NCBI RefSeq assembly: GCF_001194135.2
Contig: NC_068985.1
Span: 91,969,420-92,033,419, forward strand
Reading direction: 5' to 3'
DNA length: 64,000 nt
Source: Octopus bimaculoides
Lineage: Eukaryota
In this document: one piece after another, positions 40,726-53,676 of the stretch
Layout: each line of letters starts with the position of its first letter
Position numbering within the stretch: position 1 is the stretch's first letter
Translations under genes and position numbers: made by a program
The notes under the pieces: model-generated
Database searches by the model: none
Seen by the model: the letters and a program-made list of their open reading frames with translations, nothing else
Told to the model about the DNA's origin: nothing

Positions 40726-40828
40726 GCTAATATGCAAATAGGTGTGTGTGTGTGTGTGTGTGTATGTGTGTGTCTCCCTTTTCTGGTGCAATTTTCATGA
40801 TAAATACAAAAATTAATTTCAGTTTTAG

Positions 40829-40876
40829 GCTATTCCCAAAGATAACGAGAGTGTGTCTAAAAACTATCTCACACAG
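40829..40876 (+). CDS. Putative 48-nt exon (AIPKDNESVSKNYLTQ)
   Basis: Acceptor aatttcagttttag, donor CAG|gtatgg, phase 0-0, compatible with 43816. Confidence 0.4.
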
Positions 40877-41819
40877 GTATGGTATGTGTTACATTAAACC
40901 AAAAATATCATCAAAGATCAAAGATAACCTAAACCACAGAGGAACTCTATTGATTTCAGAAGAAGCACTTTGTGGCTAATAGGATCAAAAATAATAGTTC
41001 CGATAGCTAAAATCGGAATAAAAGAAAGTCGTAGACACATTAATGGATCGCTGATGTGAGCTTTAACAAAACGTGTCAAATAATTTGATATGCAATATGT
41101 CCTTGCTCTCGAACCAACCTTTAAATGGGTATGAAGGTCTATCGATAAGTCATTTCTAGATAAAGCTCGTGGAAATGAAACGAACTTATCTGATTAAACA
41201 TTGTATTAAGCATGTGAGTATGTATAGTTCTGTCTCGTTCCGTACAACTCATATTTATCCGATTTCCTGGAAATAGCTATTTATTGCCGTGGTATTGTTC
41301 ATTTGTGCTGTGGCAGATTCCAACCAATCAGAGCTGGAAGTGTATGAATAAAACAGTAGTGATCTGCCTTAGCTAAAAACTCATTCTTGCAGTGAGGTGG
41401 CAGTTTCAAATTAGAATCGGATTCGATGGCATAGAAGCAACATCTCTTCCTTTGACAACCACAATTTTTGTGTCTACCACCAACCTCATACAACGCATTT
41501 GATCAACATCAGCCTCCACTCTATTTTATATAAACCTCAGGGTATATAGTAAGTCATGCGATTTTTCCTGTCTCGCATACACGCATATATTTGGTTCCCA
41601 ATCATATGTAAGATTAATCCTTGTTGCCTCTTGCTAGCACTCATTACAGCACTGAATAAATTTCACTGCTTTCATTTTATAAATTTGCCTTCTGAATATT
41701 CTTTATTCTCGCCTTATTAGGAAATCACTGAAAATGGATTCTTTTTATGAACTGTCTTTAAAAAGATGCTAACTACACACGTGTTACAACTCGAACACAT
41801 TACATATTGTTTTGTTTTT

Positions 41820-42030
41820 TTCTACTCTAGGCAACAAGGTCCGAAATTTTGGGGGAGGGGGCCAGTCAATTAAATCGACTCAAGTACGCAGCTGGTACTT
41901 AATTTTTCGACCCTGAAAGGAGGAAAGGCAAAGTCGACCTCGGCGGAATTTGAACTCAGAATATAAAGACAGACGAAATATCGCTAAGCATTTCGCCCGG
42001 CGTGCTAACGTTTCAGCCCACTCACCGTCT
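41820..42030 (-). mobile_element. Family 1 SINE monomer
   Basis: Well-conserved reverse complement of head, core and tail. Confidence 0.85.
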
Positions 42031-42671
42031 TACACGTTACATATAGTGACTCACACGTAACACGTTACATTAGTGACTCACATGTAACAACTCGATTTCC
42101 ATGGCGTATAAATCAATGACACCACAACGTTCCCCCAGAATGAGATGCCGATCCGTCGCAGAGTTACGCATTTTAAGGCTGTGTCGTCTGGGAATTATTT
42201 GAAATGAAGTGTTTTGCTCATAACCACAAACCCACCACCCGTGGCAGAATTCGATACAATGATCTCCCGATCGTGAACACAACATCCTAACCACTATGCC
42301 ACGCATCTTCACTACTGCATCAAGAAAATATTCTCTACTCTTTGTAAAATATGTACCATTTTTTACCGCCTCCACTACACCAAATTCAGTGAAAAAAGTG
42401 ATGAACACGACTTTTCTCCTTCCGAATCATATGGCATACCTAAAACGATCAACATAACTCGAGAACATAGAGAGCTACTAAGTATCGACTTTGAATCTGT
42501 CTACTGTTCATAGAAGTCTGTCAACACTACACAGCACAGGCTTCAAGAAAAGACTTTCATGATATAGCAGTCTAATGGCTGTATAACATGAGGCCATGAC
42601 ATTTTTCCGTCGCGCGTATATATATAATATAAGATATAGTTGTGGTTGCTTGTGAGTGTATTTCTCTCTGT

Positions 42672-42708
<37 letters not shown>

Positions 42709-42899
42709 CATTTCTCTGTCCTTGGCTATTCTTTCTACATAAGAGTGTATGCGCGAAACGTAAAAGACTTTCCTTTCTACTTTTCCTGGGCGGAAACCTG
42801 ACACACTCTGTTTTTTAACTCATCTTCCTGTTATTTATAATTTTTGCACCATGCACACACATACAAAGACATGCAAACACGCTCTCTCCGTCTATCACT

Positions 42900-42938
<39 letters not shown>

Positions 42939-43815
42939 GAGTCACCTCACATCATCATACACTACGACAACCAAAGAATTCAGTGTGGAATTATTTCCCT
43001 TCTTCACAATATATGCACAGTCTTTCTAAACTTCCGGACAGATCTGATTTAGTTATGATTTCGATTGCCACGCATGGCAATTCATTGCATTCGTTTCTTA
43101 ACCAATGATGCAGTTCGTAGCTATACTCATCGTCTTCATTAACGTGCGTTTTCTTTTACAAAACAGAACAACGGAGAAACTGATTTAAAACCCTTCATTC
43201 TAATTAGGTAATATAAATCGAGAATGTAGAGAACTATACACTGCTATGGAAATTATACTATACGATTCACCTACCTTATTAACAAACGTAAATCATTTTA
43301 CGCGTGCAGCAAGCGGTAATTAATTTTACAACTAGTATAAAATGAAAGCTGTGAAGCATTAAACTGGAAGAATAGGCTGGAAGGAGAAAAAGAGAGAGAG
43401 AGAGAGAGAGAGAGCTAATGATTATGAGAAGACCAAGTGTGATCGAGAAACAGTTGGTGATTATACCTTAAAGTTTTATTGGAAAGGGACAAACGCAAGA
43501 AGAAAATATCACCAACAGATTGTAATGATAGCTAATATAATTAAGCTGTGAGTTCCAGTGAATATACAATGAATGAGATAACACGAAACCAATATACATT
43601 TCTTCCAGAAGGAATAAGCATTTTTAGAAAACTGCTGAAAATAGAAAGCAATGAATATTAGGAAAATATTATGTATAGATATGCATAAATGAACCAACCA
43701 CCCACTCACACACACAGAGAGTAATATGCTTACATAAGCATAATCAAAAATGAGCACTTAAGCACACATATATCACATACTCGTGCAGGTTTATCTTTTA
43801 ATGGTTCCATCACAG

Positions 43816-43939
43816 GAGTGGTTGGAAGCCATAAAATTTTGGAGCGTTACGAGACTGGAGAAAGAGAGGAAGAAAGCCCAGGATATGAACATTGTTTCGC
43901 TACAGGAACCAGAATGGATTTCTCTAAAGAATTATAAGG
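43816..43939 (+). CDS. Putative internal coding exon of an unidentified gene (EWLEAIKFWSVTRLEKERKKAQDMNIVSLQEPEWISLKNYK)
   Basis: Acceptor ttatcttttaatggttccatcacag, donor G|gtaatg, 124 nt open in phase 0 to 1, unique sequence, protein-like composition. Confidence 0.55.
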
Positions 43940-44945
43940 GTAATGTATTATAGAACGTGTCTTGAATGTTCATTAATGTGTCTGTTTTCTTATTTTTTGA
44001 ATTAATAGAAATAGATTCCATGTAAAGTTAACCCAGGTACCTCATGATAAATTTTGAGGAAAGGACAATATTTGAAACGTCCCTCCAAAAGCAAAAATCT
44101 CTAAAACCTTATATATATGGGGTGGGGGTAACGTTGAAACATACATACTAAATCATGTGTAGGACTTTAAACTGCATCCAAACATGGGGCCTTGGTTCGG
44201 AAGTTCCAGAGTATTCAGGAACGTAAACCAGCTCTTCAGCACTATTGTTCCCAGATCTCTTCTGATGCACCTGGCATGGTCCGAACTTTGAGCTAAATAG
44301 CATGTTGCAGAATTACATCCCGAAGAATATTATTCACGCACCTAGAGCATTCATTCGACATATCGAAAACTGGTTGATTGTCATCGATGACGTCACACTT
44401 CTCGTATTCGTGTCGCTCGGACTTGCTGATATTTCCAAAGCGAATATCAGCAAGATGTTAATTCTATATTTCTATTAAAATTTTAAATTATGCTTTTTTT
44501 TTTTTATGGATCCGAAAAGACTTTAAAGTGTAAGATACTGAGAATTCCTGGCCTGCACCAGGTTCAAGAAAGCGTTCGTATGCGATTGGCCAACGTCCAA
44601 AACGTACGGTAACTACGTCTCTCTCTGAAATCATTTTTGTCCTTTTATAAAGAGAAATAACGCAATGGAGGGTGTGGTTCTGGATAAAAAACGGAAAGAT
44701 CACAATCAGAGTCTCTTTGATAATTGATTCTCTTAATCAGGACAGACGTATTGCTAAACAGCAATAAAATCAACGACAGACGGAGTTTTAGCACGATATG
44801 AAATCCAAAATGCTGTTACACAAATATTACTCGTCAACGATTTGAAAGCTAAATAAAGATTCGGAGAAACAATTCTCACCATTCTATACACTTTTGCAGA
44901 TGGTCGCAATAAATAAGAACTTTATGGATTTTTGAAAGACGAGCT

Positions 44946-45140
44946 ACCAACGTTTCGGCTGGTTTACTCTCGAGCCTTCATCAGGTGTCCTGGTAGAAAT
45001 TTGAACCCAAACCTGGGTTCTCATTCCTAAGATATTTTTTTGCTGATATTATTACTATTATTTATTCAAGGCACTGCCTGGAATTGAATTCGCAATCTTG
45101 GGTTAGTAGCCCGTGCTCTTAAACATTACGCTATATACAG
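44946..45140 (-). mobile_element. Family H SINE, copy 2 (diverged)
   Basis: Reverse complement aligns to 3883-4075 across head, (AAT)n linker and CTGATGA/GAAAC core. Confidence 0.75.
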
Positions 45141-45221
45141 GTGGGCAATTATAGAGTGAATTTTAGGGTTCCCATATTATACCGGTTCCCATATTATACT
45201 CATATCTGCAATAGGTCTGCT

Positions 45222-45605
45222 TAGTGTATGGCTGTGCGCGTCAGAGGCTCGCTTTGAAGTCATGTGGTTTCAGATTCAACTCCACTTCTCGGCACCTTGG
45301 TCAAATGTAAACTATAGCTCTGAGGAGACTAATACTTTGTGAGAGAATCTGGAAGACGAAAACTGTGTAGAAGCCAATCGTTTATGTATGTGTGTTTTCA
45401 TTTGTGTTTGGCTCCTGCTTGACAACCGGTATGGGTATATATATACGTCCCTCAAACCTACCAATTCAACAAAAGAGACCGATAGAATAGGCACAAGAAT
45501 TTTAAAATAACTCTTGCAGCCGATTTGTTCGACTAAACTCCTCGAGGTTTTGCCCAAGCATGGCCGCAGTCAAATGACTGAAATATGTAAAATATAAACG
45601 ATAAA
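45222..45605 (+). mobile_element. SINE family 2, diverged full length
   Basis: Degenerate head and conserved tail GCATGGCCGCAGTCAAATGACTGAAA. Confidence 0.75.
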
Positions 45606-46189
45606 GTGATACGGATGTGTGCGTAGGTTTTTAAGTATGAGCATCAATATGTTTGTTGCTTTCGTTTTGGAATATAATTCTCGCTAGTTTCTCAGTGAAC
45701 ATCAACATAGAGTGGCTAATATATTAAATTATGTAAATACCAGAGAAGCCTATTCATCTGTGACTTTCGTTTGAATTATCAATATTTTACCGGCAGTCTT
45801 GTGAGATCTTTGATCAGCAGTAGGGCCAGTTCTGAAAATATAATCTTCATACAGGAATTAGGACAAATCACAGCATACAACGGATGTACATATGTATGTA
45901 GTATATATGTATATATATGCACTAACGAAAAACACATAGGAATAAGCATCAAATATATACATAGATATTTGTATGTAGATGTGTACAAGTGAGTGTATAT
46001 TTAACATAAACATATGTATATTTTTATATAAATACACATATATATGACAGGTATATATACGTGAGCGGGGTGTAGCCGTGTATACTTGTATTCTCCATTG
46101 TAGTTAATATGTGTATAAAATGTACTCTTAGACATATTTACACCTGCTAGTAATTTTCTGGTTACATATGTGTGTGTATATAGGTGCAA

Positions 46190-46400
46190 GTGTGGCTTTG
46201 TTGTAAGATGCTTGTTCCCCAATCACATGGTTCTGGCTTCAGTGCGTGGCACCTTGAACAAGTGACTTCTATGGCCTCGGGCCGACCAAGGCCTTGTGAG
46301 TTGATTTGGTAGACGGAAACTGAAAGAAGACCGTCGTATATATGTGTATATATATTTGTTTGTGTATGTGTATGTGAGAGAGAATGGTGTGTGTGAGTGT
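46190..46400 (+). mobile_element. SINE family 2, 5' half
   Basis: CACATGGTTC..GCGTGGCACCTTG...GGTAGACGGAAACTGAAAGAAG followed by the microsatellite. Confidence 0.8.
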
Positions 46401-46809
46401 GTATGTGTGAATGGAAGCGAGTGAGTCTGACGCGTGTGTGTGTGTGTGCGTGTGTAAGGTGTGTGAGTGTAAGGTTTGTGGGTTTAAGGTGTGTGTATGC
46501 GGTGTGTAACATTTGATGTGTAATTTTTCAAGTGGTGTGTGCACATGTGTATGCATGTGTGCGTCTGACCGAATAGCGTGCATGTATATAGTGCATGGTT
46601 GTGTGTGTGTGTAATAGTGTGTGTAATAGTGTGTGGAGTGAGTGATGATTTGAACAGTGTGTAAGGGTGTGTGGGTATATTTGTGCGTGTGTGTTGAGGG
46701 TAGCGATGTGGGCGGTATGAAGGTGTGTTGGTGGAGAGGGGGCAGATGGATAAGGGAAATGTGCGGAAATCAGTGTGGGGTTGGTGTTAGATGAAGAGAG
46801 GAGGTTAGT

Positions 46810-47170
46810 TGAGCCTATATGGCGCAAAGAAACGAAGACAGAAGATTAATTCCTGTTCACGTCGGAGGCGGGAAACCGGGTGTCCCCCTGTGCAGAAACA
46901 GTCCGAATACAAAATGATGCTGTGGCAAATGACCGTTAGCGCCGAAGGGGCACGAGACCGGTGCGAGACCGGTTTGTCATTGCCGAATCTAGGGCCTCAA
47001 CGTAGCCAACAAACAGGTTTTCATAGTTGGGGCCCGTTCTCGTTCTCATGGCCACTCCCCTATGAACCAGATACGGTTCTTTAACAAATTTAGCAAAGAC
47101 TATATTGACAGTGGCTTCGAAATTTCGGCTACCCAAGACTTCTTCGGACAGTCCGATGATGGCTTAACTG
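46810..47170 (-). mobile_element. Penelope-like element remnant, RT fused to GIY-YIG C-terminus by deletion
   Basis: GVAMRTRTGPNYENLFVGYVE (PLE RT motif) is followed within about 100 nt by SRLRREQELIFCLRFFAPYRLN (PLE endonuclease end). Confidence 0.75.
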
Positions 47171-47763
47171 TATATAATGCATGCATATGATGTATATCAA
47201 AGTACGTGGCTTGTTGGTCAAGATATCGGTTCAAATGATCATAAGATCGTGGGTTCGATTCCCGATGCTTTGTTCTATTGTGCAAAGTGCCACCTATTGC
47301 TTCAGATTGCTCACCTGAAACTGATTACCAACAAGGACAGCTCTAGTTCTTCTCTCTCTTTCTTTTCTCTTTTTTCTTTCTCACTTCTCTCTTCTTCTTC
47401 TTCACCTCTCTCTTTCTTACTAACTACTTATTTTCAATATGCCGCCAGGTCGATAGTAGGAAGTACGGGAAGTTTTCTATGTCACTAGACTGCAAAAACA
47501 TTCTAAACAATTAGCAAAAGTGTGATGCAAGCTATCATGTCATACTCGCTTGTGAATGGCGGCTAAGCATCTTAAATTAACCGAATAATTAGAACGCCGG
47601 GAAAATGGATTTGAAGCGTCTCTTTTCCTATTTAAATTCTGAGTTCAAATCCCACCACATTCAATCTTACCTTTTATTCGTTCAGGGTCCATAAAATAAA
47701 GTAGTATTTAAGAACTTGTCTATCGACCAATCCCTGCCCTCATGACTGCCGCCTTCTTACCTA

Positions 47764-47979
47764 CGAGGGAGTGCTTAAATGGTCTTGGCTTCGGGTAAAA
47801 GAAAATACAGAAGGGTCAGTTAATTATGATTTTATTCATCATATTCCCTTTACAGATTCACACACTTATTGCAGCGGTCCTTCAGTTTTTCAAACCTCTG
47901 TAAACGAACTTGGAGGATTGGGCCTCTAGCCAGTGATTTGCAGTACTTTTAAAGTCAGGATCTTTTCAGCAACCCCTCG
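47764..47979 (+). mobile_element. Mariner-type MITE
   Basis: TA-CGAGGG...CCCCTCG-TA with imperfect TIRs; second copy at 24320-24575. Confidence 0.8.
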
Positions 47980-49191
47980 TAAATCCACCGATGTGTGTGT
48001 GTGTGTGTGTGTACGTATATGCGTATACATATATGTACTGCGTATACGTATGCACATATGTGTACGCATATGAGCATCTCTATGCATACATAAAAGCGAA
48101 TTATGCAAGTATGGCTTCATCCGTTTCATGTATTTGCACTCTACTACACAGCTGGAGTTAGATATCAGTATGTGTAGATGTGCTGATGTATATAAATAGA
48201 TAGGGATTTTCGGGTTGTGTATGTTTATAATGCATCATTTTTCTGTATGCATTATATTTCAAGGTCTGGCTTAGTTTCACGGTTGAGTGATTTCTACCAT
48301 CGCAAAATTCCCCACTAATAAAATTACCACAAGAATGAATCGATTTAACTCAGAAATTCAATAGTAGCTCCACTGCTTTAGCAAACACCTCAACGCTCCT
48401 ACCTTGAAATATGAAAATATGTGATAAATCATATAGTTTTTAATTCAATTTTACTTTTACACGGATTCAGTAACATCGAGGTTCCATTAACCCGCTTACG
48501 AGCAACTCATGAGATTGAAAGTAGTCTCTCGTAGTCCCAGAAAGAGACGGTTCAGCAGTTTGTTGATAAACAATGTGAAAAAAGGTTTTGTTTATGGTGA
48601 TCGAATGTATGTGATGTCCATCAATTTACTCCCTCTATTAAATCAACGTTGCCTGAAGAAGCGCATGGTGCATCACACTTTAGATTTCAAAGTGATAGCC
48701 GAACAACATGAGGTGAAGTGTTTTGCTCAAGAACTACCCAGTCCAGGAATCGAAACGCACTACCCAGTCCAGGATTTGAAACCTCTATCTCGCAATTATA
48801 AGTGTAACATCCTAACTATCAGGCTATGCGCCCTTAATATCAGAATATGCATACAACCACCATTTCCATCGGAGTAATTTCAGTCTGTTGTAACTAATAG
48901 TCTAAGAGATTTCGAGGTCATTTTCGACTTCTTTTTATAGAAAAATATATGTCTGATTGTATGCGTTTGGGGCTGTGTATATATTAAGCAGTAAACGATG
49001 TGTTTTGTTTATACACAATGTTAACTTGAACATGTAAAGAAAACAACGGTTACACCACACGTTGTTATCTTCTCGCGGGAAGAGGACATTTGAAGTATCT
49101 CATCAGTTTTGACTTGTTTTAATTTTATCGGAAAAAAAATATATGTATAATATAATATATAATGGATAATTATATAATATANNNNNNNNNN

Positions 49192-49402
49192 TTATCTCCA
49201 TGATTCTTCATTTCCCTCTGCGTGAGTCTGGAATGGGGTGGGGTGGGGGCAATATTTTACTCATTACCTGCCATGAAGCCCAGTATTTATACGCAATAGG
49301 CAGTCCTTATTTTATCTTTCTATTACTCTCTCTCTCAATCTCTTCAATATCGTTCTCTCTATCTATCCATCTATCTATTTATCTTTCTCTCTGTCTCTTT
49401 AG

Positions 49403-49437
<35 letters not shown>

Positions 49438-49842
49438 NNNNNNNNNNATGCTACAGTGATGAGTAACTTAGGAAGTAGTGAAATATGTTATGCATATGAT
49501 TATCATAATCTAACTTTTATCAAATTTCTGGCAGCATAACACAAATATGAAATGACGGTTAATTTTCGAAAGGAAATTATTTATTACTCTACCATATACA
49601 TCCTCTCTTCCTCCCATCCTTTTCCTTCTCTTTTTTTATCTCCATGATTCTTCATTTCCCTCTGCGTGAGTNNNNNNNNNNNNNNNNNNNNNNNNNNNNN
49701 NNNNNNNNNNNNNNNNNNNNNNNNNNNNNNNNNNNNNNNNNNNNNNNNNNNNNNNCTTTCTATTACTCTCTCTCTCAATCTCTTCAATATCGTTCTCTCT
49801 ATCTATCCATCTATCTATTTATCTTTCTCTCTGTCTCTTTAG

Positions 49843-49880
<38 letters not shown>
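49192..49880. other. Probable assembly duplication around small gaps
   Basis: 49192-49437 matches 49636-49880, where the 88 nt at 49228-49315 appear as an 84-N gap (49672-49755). Confidence 0.8.
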
Positions 49881-49886
<6 letters not shown>

Positions 49887-49986
49887 ATGTTTGTCTTTCT
49901 GTCTCTAATGTAAAGTATGATTGAAATATAATCAACCAAACAACCACCCAACCAACGTTTATATCAGCCATTATTATACAGTGATT

Positions 49987-50200
49987 TAGGCGGCGAGCTG
50001 GCAGAATCGTTAGCACGTTGGACGAATTGCTTATTCCCTCTGTCTTGACGGTTTGAGTTCAAATTTTGCCGAGGTCGACTTTGCCTTTCATCTTTTCGAG
50101 GTCGATAAGTCAAGTACCTGTGAAACATTGGTGTTAATGTAATCAACTCGTCCCTTTCCTCAAAATTTCAGACCTTGTGCCTTTAGGAGAAAGGATTATC
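49987..50200 (+). mobile_element. Family 1 SINE monomer
   Basis: AGGCGGCGAGCTGGCAGAATCGTTAG through GACCTTGTGCCTTTAGGAGAAAGGATTAT. Confidence 0.85.
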
Positions 50201-50283
50201 ATATAGCGATTAGTAACTTGCCAGCGTAGGTGATGTTTTGCAAGCCTACCTCTGACATATAACGTATAGATGTAGCGTTTGTA

Positions 50284-51630
50284 CAGGATGCGGCAGAAAG
50301 GTTGCCCCGATTTTAAAAGTTAATAAAGAACAAGTACATAAAGCTAGAAGAAAATCTTTGCATTTTTTTGAAGAAAATTAAATGCCATTATGATTAAAGT
50401 TTTAAAAATCATATCACTTAAATGGCGACTGCCAATGTTGATGCGGTTTTCATGTCTCTCTAGAAATGTCACCATAGTCCTTTGAACTATGTCTCGTAGA
50501 ATCCCATTGATTTCCTCCTGAGTTATTGCCGCCATTAAATCTTCTACAGTTGCTGGCCGGTGTTTATACACTGGTGATTTGAGGTGCCCCCATAGAAGGA
50601 AAATCACACGGAGTTAAATCCGAGGAACGTGGGTGGGGGGAGGGTCCTCCCAAGATCACTTCTCAGAGAAACAACATAACTGGGAAACATGTCACGGTGG
50701 ACTCCGAGTGAACGTCAAGAGGTACGCGATGTGGCACCAACTTCTTGGGACCATAGTGCATCCGTGTCATGATCGGCAAGTAACTGGACGACTTTTGGAC
50801 GGAGAAACCTTTCGAGCAGTTCACAATAAGGGTCTGATGTAACAGTTACTGTAACACCCTTCTCTTTGAAAATATAAGGACCCCACACGCCAAAATTACC
50901 CATGGCACACCAAACGGTAACCTTCGCACTGTTGTGTAACCGTTTGTGGAGTTCACGAGGGTTATTGCCTGACCAAGATTGAAAGTTTTGTTTATTAACC
51001 ATCCCCGATAAATGGAAGTGCGCTTCATCACTGCAGATCAGAACAGATGTTGGGAGGATGGTCTGGAGAATGTCTCGACACAACGCTGTGCGGGTTTCAT
51101 AATCCCTCTCGCTTATATCCTGTAGAACCATTATCTTGTAGGGATGCTTGTGGAGAAACCTGTGCAAGATTCTCCGGACACTTCGATTGGATATGAGTAG
51201 GCAGAATCGTGGCTTTGTGCGAAACGTCTGGGCGACTGCTGTATTGAAGCTACCACAGCTACGACATTTTCTGTCCCTGTAACGGTCCTAGGACGGCCAG
51301 GACTTTTCCTGTTTAAAGTCTATGATGTTTTTCTAAAGTTGGAAATTCACTGACGAATTGTTTTTCCATTAGGTATGGGATTATGACGACGAAGTCCAAA
51401 GGGTCTTCGGAAGGAACGTTGCGTCATTACGACTGATTCACTGTTCTTAACAAACTCATCAACAATAAATGGACAATGCTTTCCACTCCAGGCCATATTG
51501 AGTACCACTTGAAACAAAATCAAAAATGGCATTTAATGTACTCCATAGAAATACAAAGTCTTTTGAGGCATCTTTTGTGTTTGTATTTTATTAACCTGTG
51601 AAATTGGGGCAACCCTTCTGCCGCAATCTA
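50284..51630 (-). mobile_element. Full-length decayed Tc1/mariner-superfamily transposon (DD41D/rosa-like)
   Basis: About 30-bp TIRs, CAGGATGCGGCAGAAAGGTTGCCCCGATTT and TAGATTGCGGCAGAAGGGTTGCCCCAATTT (reverse complement). TA lies 5' of the left TIR; 1347 bp. Confidence 0.9.
50395..51496 (-). pseudogene. Transposase pseudogene
   Basis: MAWSGKHC..TQRSFRR, CSDEAHFHLSGMVNKQN, KVTVWCA, RSSDLTPCDFLLWGHLK..VY, RHLSDMIFKT, with stops and frameshifts. Confidence 0.9.
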
Positions 51631-51639
51631 TGTTTAGTT

Positions 51640-52050
51640 TTTTACTTGATTCAGTCATTTGGCTACGGCCATGCTGGGGCACTTCCCTGAAGAATTTTAC
51701 TCGAACGAATCTACAATTGTACCTATTTCTTTTTTAAGCTTGGTACACTTTCTCGGTGCCTTCTGCCATACGACTAAGTTACGGAACGCAAACAAACTCG
51801 CACCGCTTGTCAAGTGGTACTGAGATACAAACACAGACAGAAATACACTCGCACGCGCCCACGCACACACACACGCGCTCACACACACATACATATAACT
51901 TGAGCTTCTTTCAGTTTCTATCTCCTAAACCACCCACAAGGCACAGGTCGGCCCTAGGTTATAGCAGAAGCTATTTAACCAAGGTTCCACGCAGTGGGAC
52001 TGAACCCGAAAACACATGGTTGGGATGCAAGCTTCGTACCACACAACTCT
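51640..52050 (-). mobile_element. SINE family 2, near full length
   Basis: Aligns to 34725-35111 in the same orientation. Confidence 0.8.
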
Positions 52051-52118
52051 GCTTGCACCTACAAATAAGCACACGTGTTTATATTCATACGCACATGCAT
52101 ATATTCATACACACACAT

Positions 52119-52149
<31 letters not shown>

Positions 52150-53538
52150 CAAACATATATATACATACATACATACATACGCATATATATATTTATTCAT
52201 ATTTATTTACGTATATATATGTGTGTATATGTATATTTATGTATATATGTATATATAATTATAGATACATAGACGCTGATGCACATTTTCAATGACTACA
52301 ATGTTAAACATTGCTTTAATTGCATATCAGATGTATTCACATTAAATTTCTATTATACACCCAGCGAGAGAATATTCTTCTCTATTTATCTTTAATTTCC
52401 TAACTACATTACTATATATTATATTAAATTTAATGCTGAGCTAATCGAAAAGTACTCGTAAACCTTCCTGTCAACTCGAACGGATTCTAGCGCCGGAAGG
52501 CAGTTTTTGTCCCTTTGAGAAAAGCAGCATAAATACAGAATACAAAACGCATATTCTAAATTTATCACAGAATTTCATCATTTTTGCGATCATACTTGTA
52601 TTGCAACCATTTAAATAAATGAAAAACATAGATATAAATATAACACCGAAAAGTACACACGTCAAAAAAAATTTATATATATATGCAAGAGTTATTAATT
52701 CAAAAACATTGCCTTAGGCTTCGCTTCAACAATGGATAGACGCTGAACTATTCTAACTCAAGTTGATAATTTCAATGCTTTTGTTATGAAATGTTATTAC
52801 TATTTATTCTCCTACGCTGCCTTCATCTCTTCATTTTACATTGATGTAGTAGCACAAGGAGGATGGGAAAGAAAATTTCCCAACATTGACATTATTTACT
52901 ACCATTTAAGCATAGCCGAACAAAGAGAAGATTAAAACACCATAAACTTGGGTTTCGTACAAGGAGAAATATTAATGGCCACCACGTCAGACATAACTTG
53001 ACAGCAAGCTATTGTAGATTGTCATGATTTCGTCACACAGTTGTATCTGTTTAAAACAATTAGATGAAGATTAGTGCCGGAATAATAACTTCTAATTTAA
53101 GCAAAATGCGGGCTGTTCCGAGGAGAGAGTATCATAGAATACCATTCGCCCCAGTTCTGGATTAGATCTTTAATGTGTTTGACCAACATGAATAAAAGAT
53201 AAAATAGACCACAGTGGGATTTGAACTCGGAACGTAAAGAGTGGGAGGACATGCAGCAAACCGGATTTTCTGTGTAAAGTCGTATGGTCCGGTAGAGATT
53301 CCGCTTACGATTGCAAGGTCGTGGTTTCAATGTGCAGACAAAGCGATGCGTTGTGTCCTTCAACAAAACTCTTTTATTTCACGTTTATCCATGTCAGTCA
53401 GCTGTAAAAGAATAAGTCGAGGGTGGATTAAGGTCCCAATCAGTGGTCATGTTGTGATCATGGTCACTTATACGTCACGGAAATGGGATTACTCGATCCT
53501 ACGAATCCTTAATCTGAAAACATCTATGGATTGCTGCT

Positions 53539-53569
<31 letters not shown>

Positions 53570-53676
53570 ATGATGATGGTTGTTTTGTCACTTTCTTGTA
53601 ACACTATTGTCTCAGAATAATGATAACGGGGTGACAGCACTAAGCAGTGATGTGTATAAATACAAACATGTTACCA

